Shown: positions 63,081 through 64,000 of the stretch, piece after piece
How positions within the stretch are numbered: position 1 is the stretch's first letter
Layout: the number at the start of each line of letters is the position of its first letter
Source of the DNA: Lama guanicoe
Taxonomy: Eukaryota
Length of the DNA: 64,000 nt
Direction: 5' to 3'
Assembly (NCBI GenBank): GCA_013239625.1
Contig: MU053652.1
Location: 4,825,902-4,889,901 of the forward strand
Translations under genes and position numbers: made by a program
The notes under the pieces: generated by a model
What the model was told of the DNA's origin: nothing
Seen by the model: the letters and a program-made list of their open reading frames with translations, nothing else
The model's database searches: none

Positions 63081-63428
63081 AAACCACGCAGCAGTTCTTC
63101 CTTCCCACTAAATAAGCCCTTCCCTAGGATGAGCCCAGGCAGGCCAGGGGATGCCAGAATTCTGTGCCTGTCTGTGTGGCACACTGGGGTGGGGGAGGGG
63201 CGCAGATTCTGCTGGTCGTGTTGTATCTCAGGCTTCCAGCCTGGCACCCCATCGAGCCCAGTGGCTTCCTGGGTCACGTTGGTAGCTGGAAATGAGGCCC
63301 AAGCACGTTCCCTGGGAAGGCTGACAAGATACCAGCCAACCAAGACTCGTGCCACCTTCCCCGCCTGCTAGCAGCCAAGCTGTCCTGGGGGGAAGGGTGG
63401 CGTATGGGCCCCCAGCCCGCCTCCCCAG

Positions 63429-63578
63429 GCTNNNNNNNNNNNNNNNNNNNNNNNNNNNNNNNNNNNNNNNNNNNNNNNNNNNNNNNNNNNNNNNNNNNNN
63501 NNNNNNNNNNNNNNNNNNNNNNNNNNNNNNNNNNNNNNNNNNNNNNNNNNNNNNNNNNNNNNNNNNNNNNNNNNNNNN
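63429..63578 (+). other. Candidate exon largely hidden by N-run 63432-63579
   Basis: Pyrimidine-rich acceptor cccgcctccccAG (63427-63428) three bases before the Ns; (N)TGAGG after them would be a GTGAGG donor; length 150 nt. Exon content is not visible. Confidence 0.3.
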
Positions 63579-64000
63579 NTGAGGCCCCAGTTCTCCAGCC
63601 CCTCCCTGTTGCTTCCCAACATGGGTGAATGCAAGAAGAGGGGTCCACTGACTCTTCCTGGGACACAGAAGTAATCAAACCAATACATAAAATGGAGGCA
63701 GCCATGCCCTACTGCACACTGGCAGGGAGGAGGAAGAGGAGGGTCACTGGGGAGGGGTCTTGGGAATCCCTAATTCTCCCCAGTGGCTAGCCCGAACCCT
63801 AGGGTCTGCCGCATCAGCCCTCGGAGACTGGGAAACTTCCAGAGCCTGTCCAGATTAGCAATGCTGCTCTCCTGCCGGCCATTAGCGCCTGCCTGGTAGC
63901 CGGGAGGCTCCTTGTCCCGGTGCGCTGCCACTGCTCTGGCTCGTCACGGGTGTTTCTGCACCTGCTGCCTCCTCGCACCTAAACTGCAGGCTCCGGGGAG

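Noticed and set aside
1-64000. Naming the locus or claiming a novel biological system
   Set aside because: No readable coding exon anchors a gene identity, and nothing in the sequence supports a new multi-component system; any such claim would be a guess.

Overview
Mammalian, almost certainly camelid (alpaca, vicuna or camel), intergenic/regulatory DNA. The taxon call rests on six tRNA-Ala(AGC)-derived SINEs of the camelid Vic-1 type and artiodactyl-type L1 3' ends. No intact protein-coding gene, structural RNA gene or CRISPR array is visible, and the ORF track is essentially noise plus decayed L1 frames. Roughly half the window, by eye, is interspersed repeat (L1, L2, MIR, MaLR/ERV LTRs, hAT DNA transposons), often nested, with readable target-site duplications (TSDs). 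The non-repetitive part holds four CpG-rich islands (about 1-960, 22.9-23.4 kb, 49.3-49.9 kb, 55.9-56.8 kb), a strong CTCF motif and several homeodomain-motif clusters, suggesting the regulatory neighbourhood of a gene I cannot name. The only clear protein homology is a 174-bp ANKRD26-family coiled-coil fragment with a premature stop at 41609-41782, lacking a poly(A) tail or TSD. The nine N-runs are non-random: seven lie inside old or conserved repeat segments. The other two lie in unique DNA, and one of them is bracketed by splice-like signals that would give a 150-nt exon. I do not see evidence for a novel multi-gene system. Repeat family names are from recall of consensus sequences, and boundaries without a TSD are approximate.
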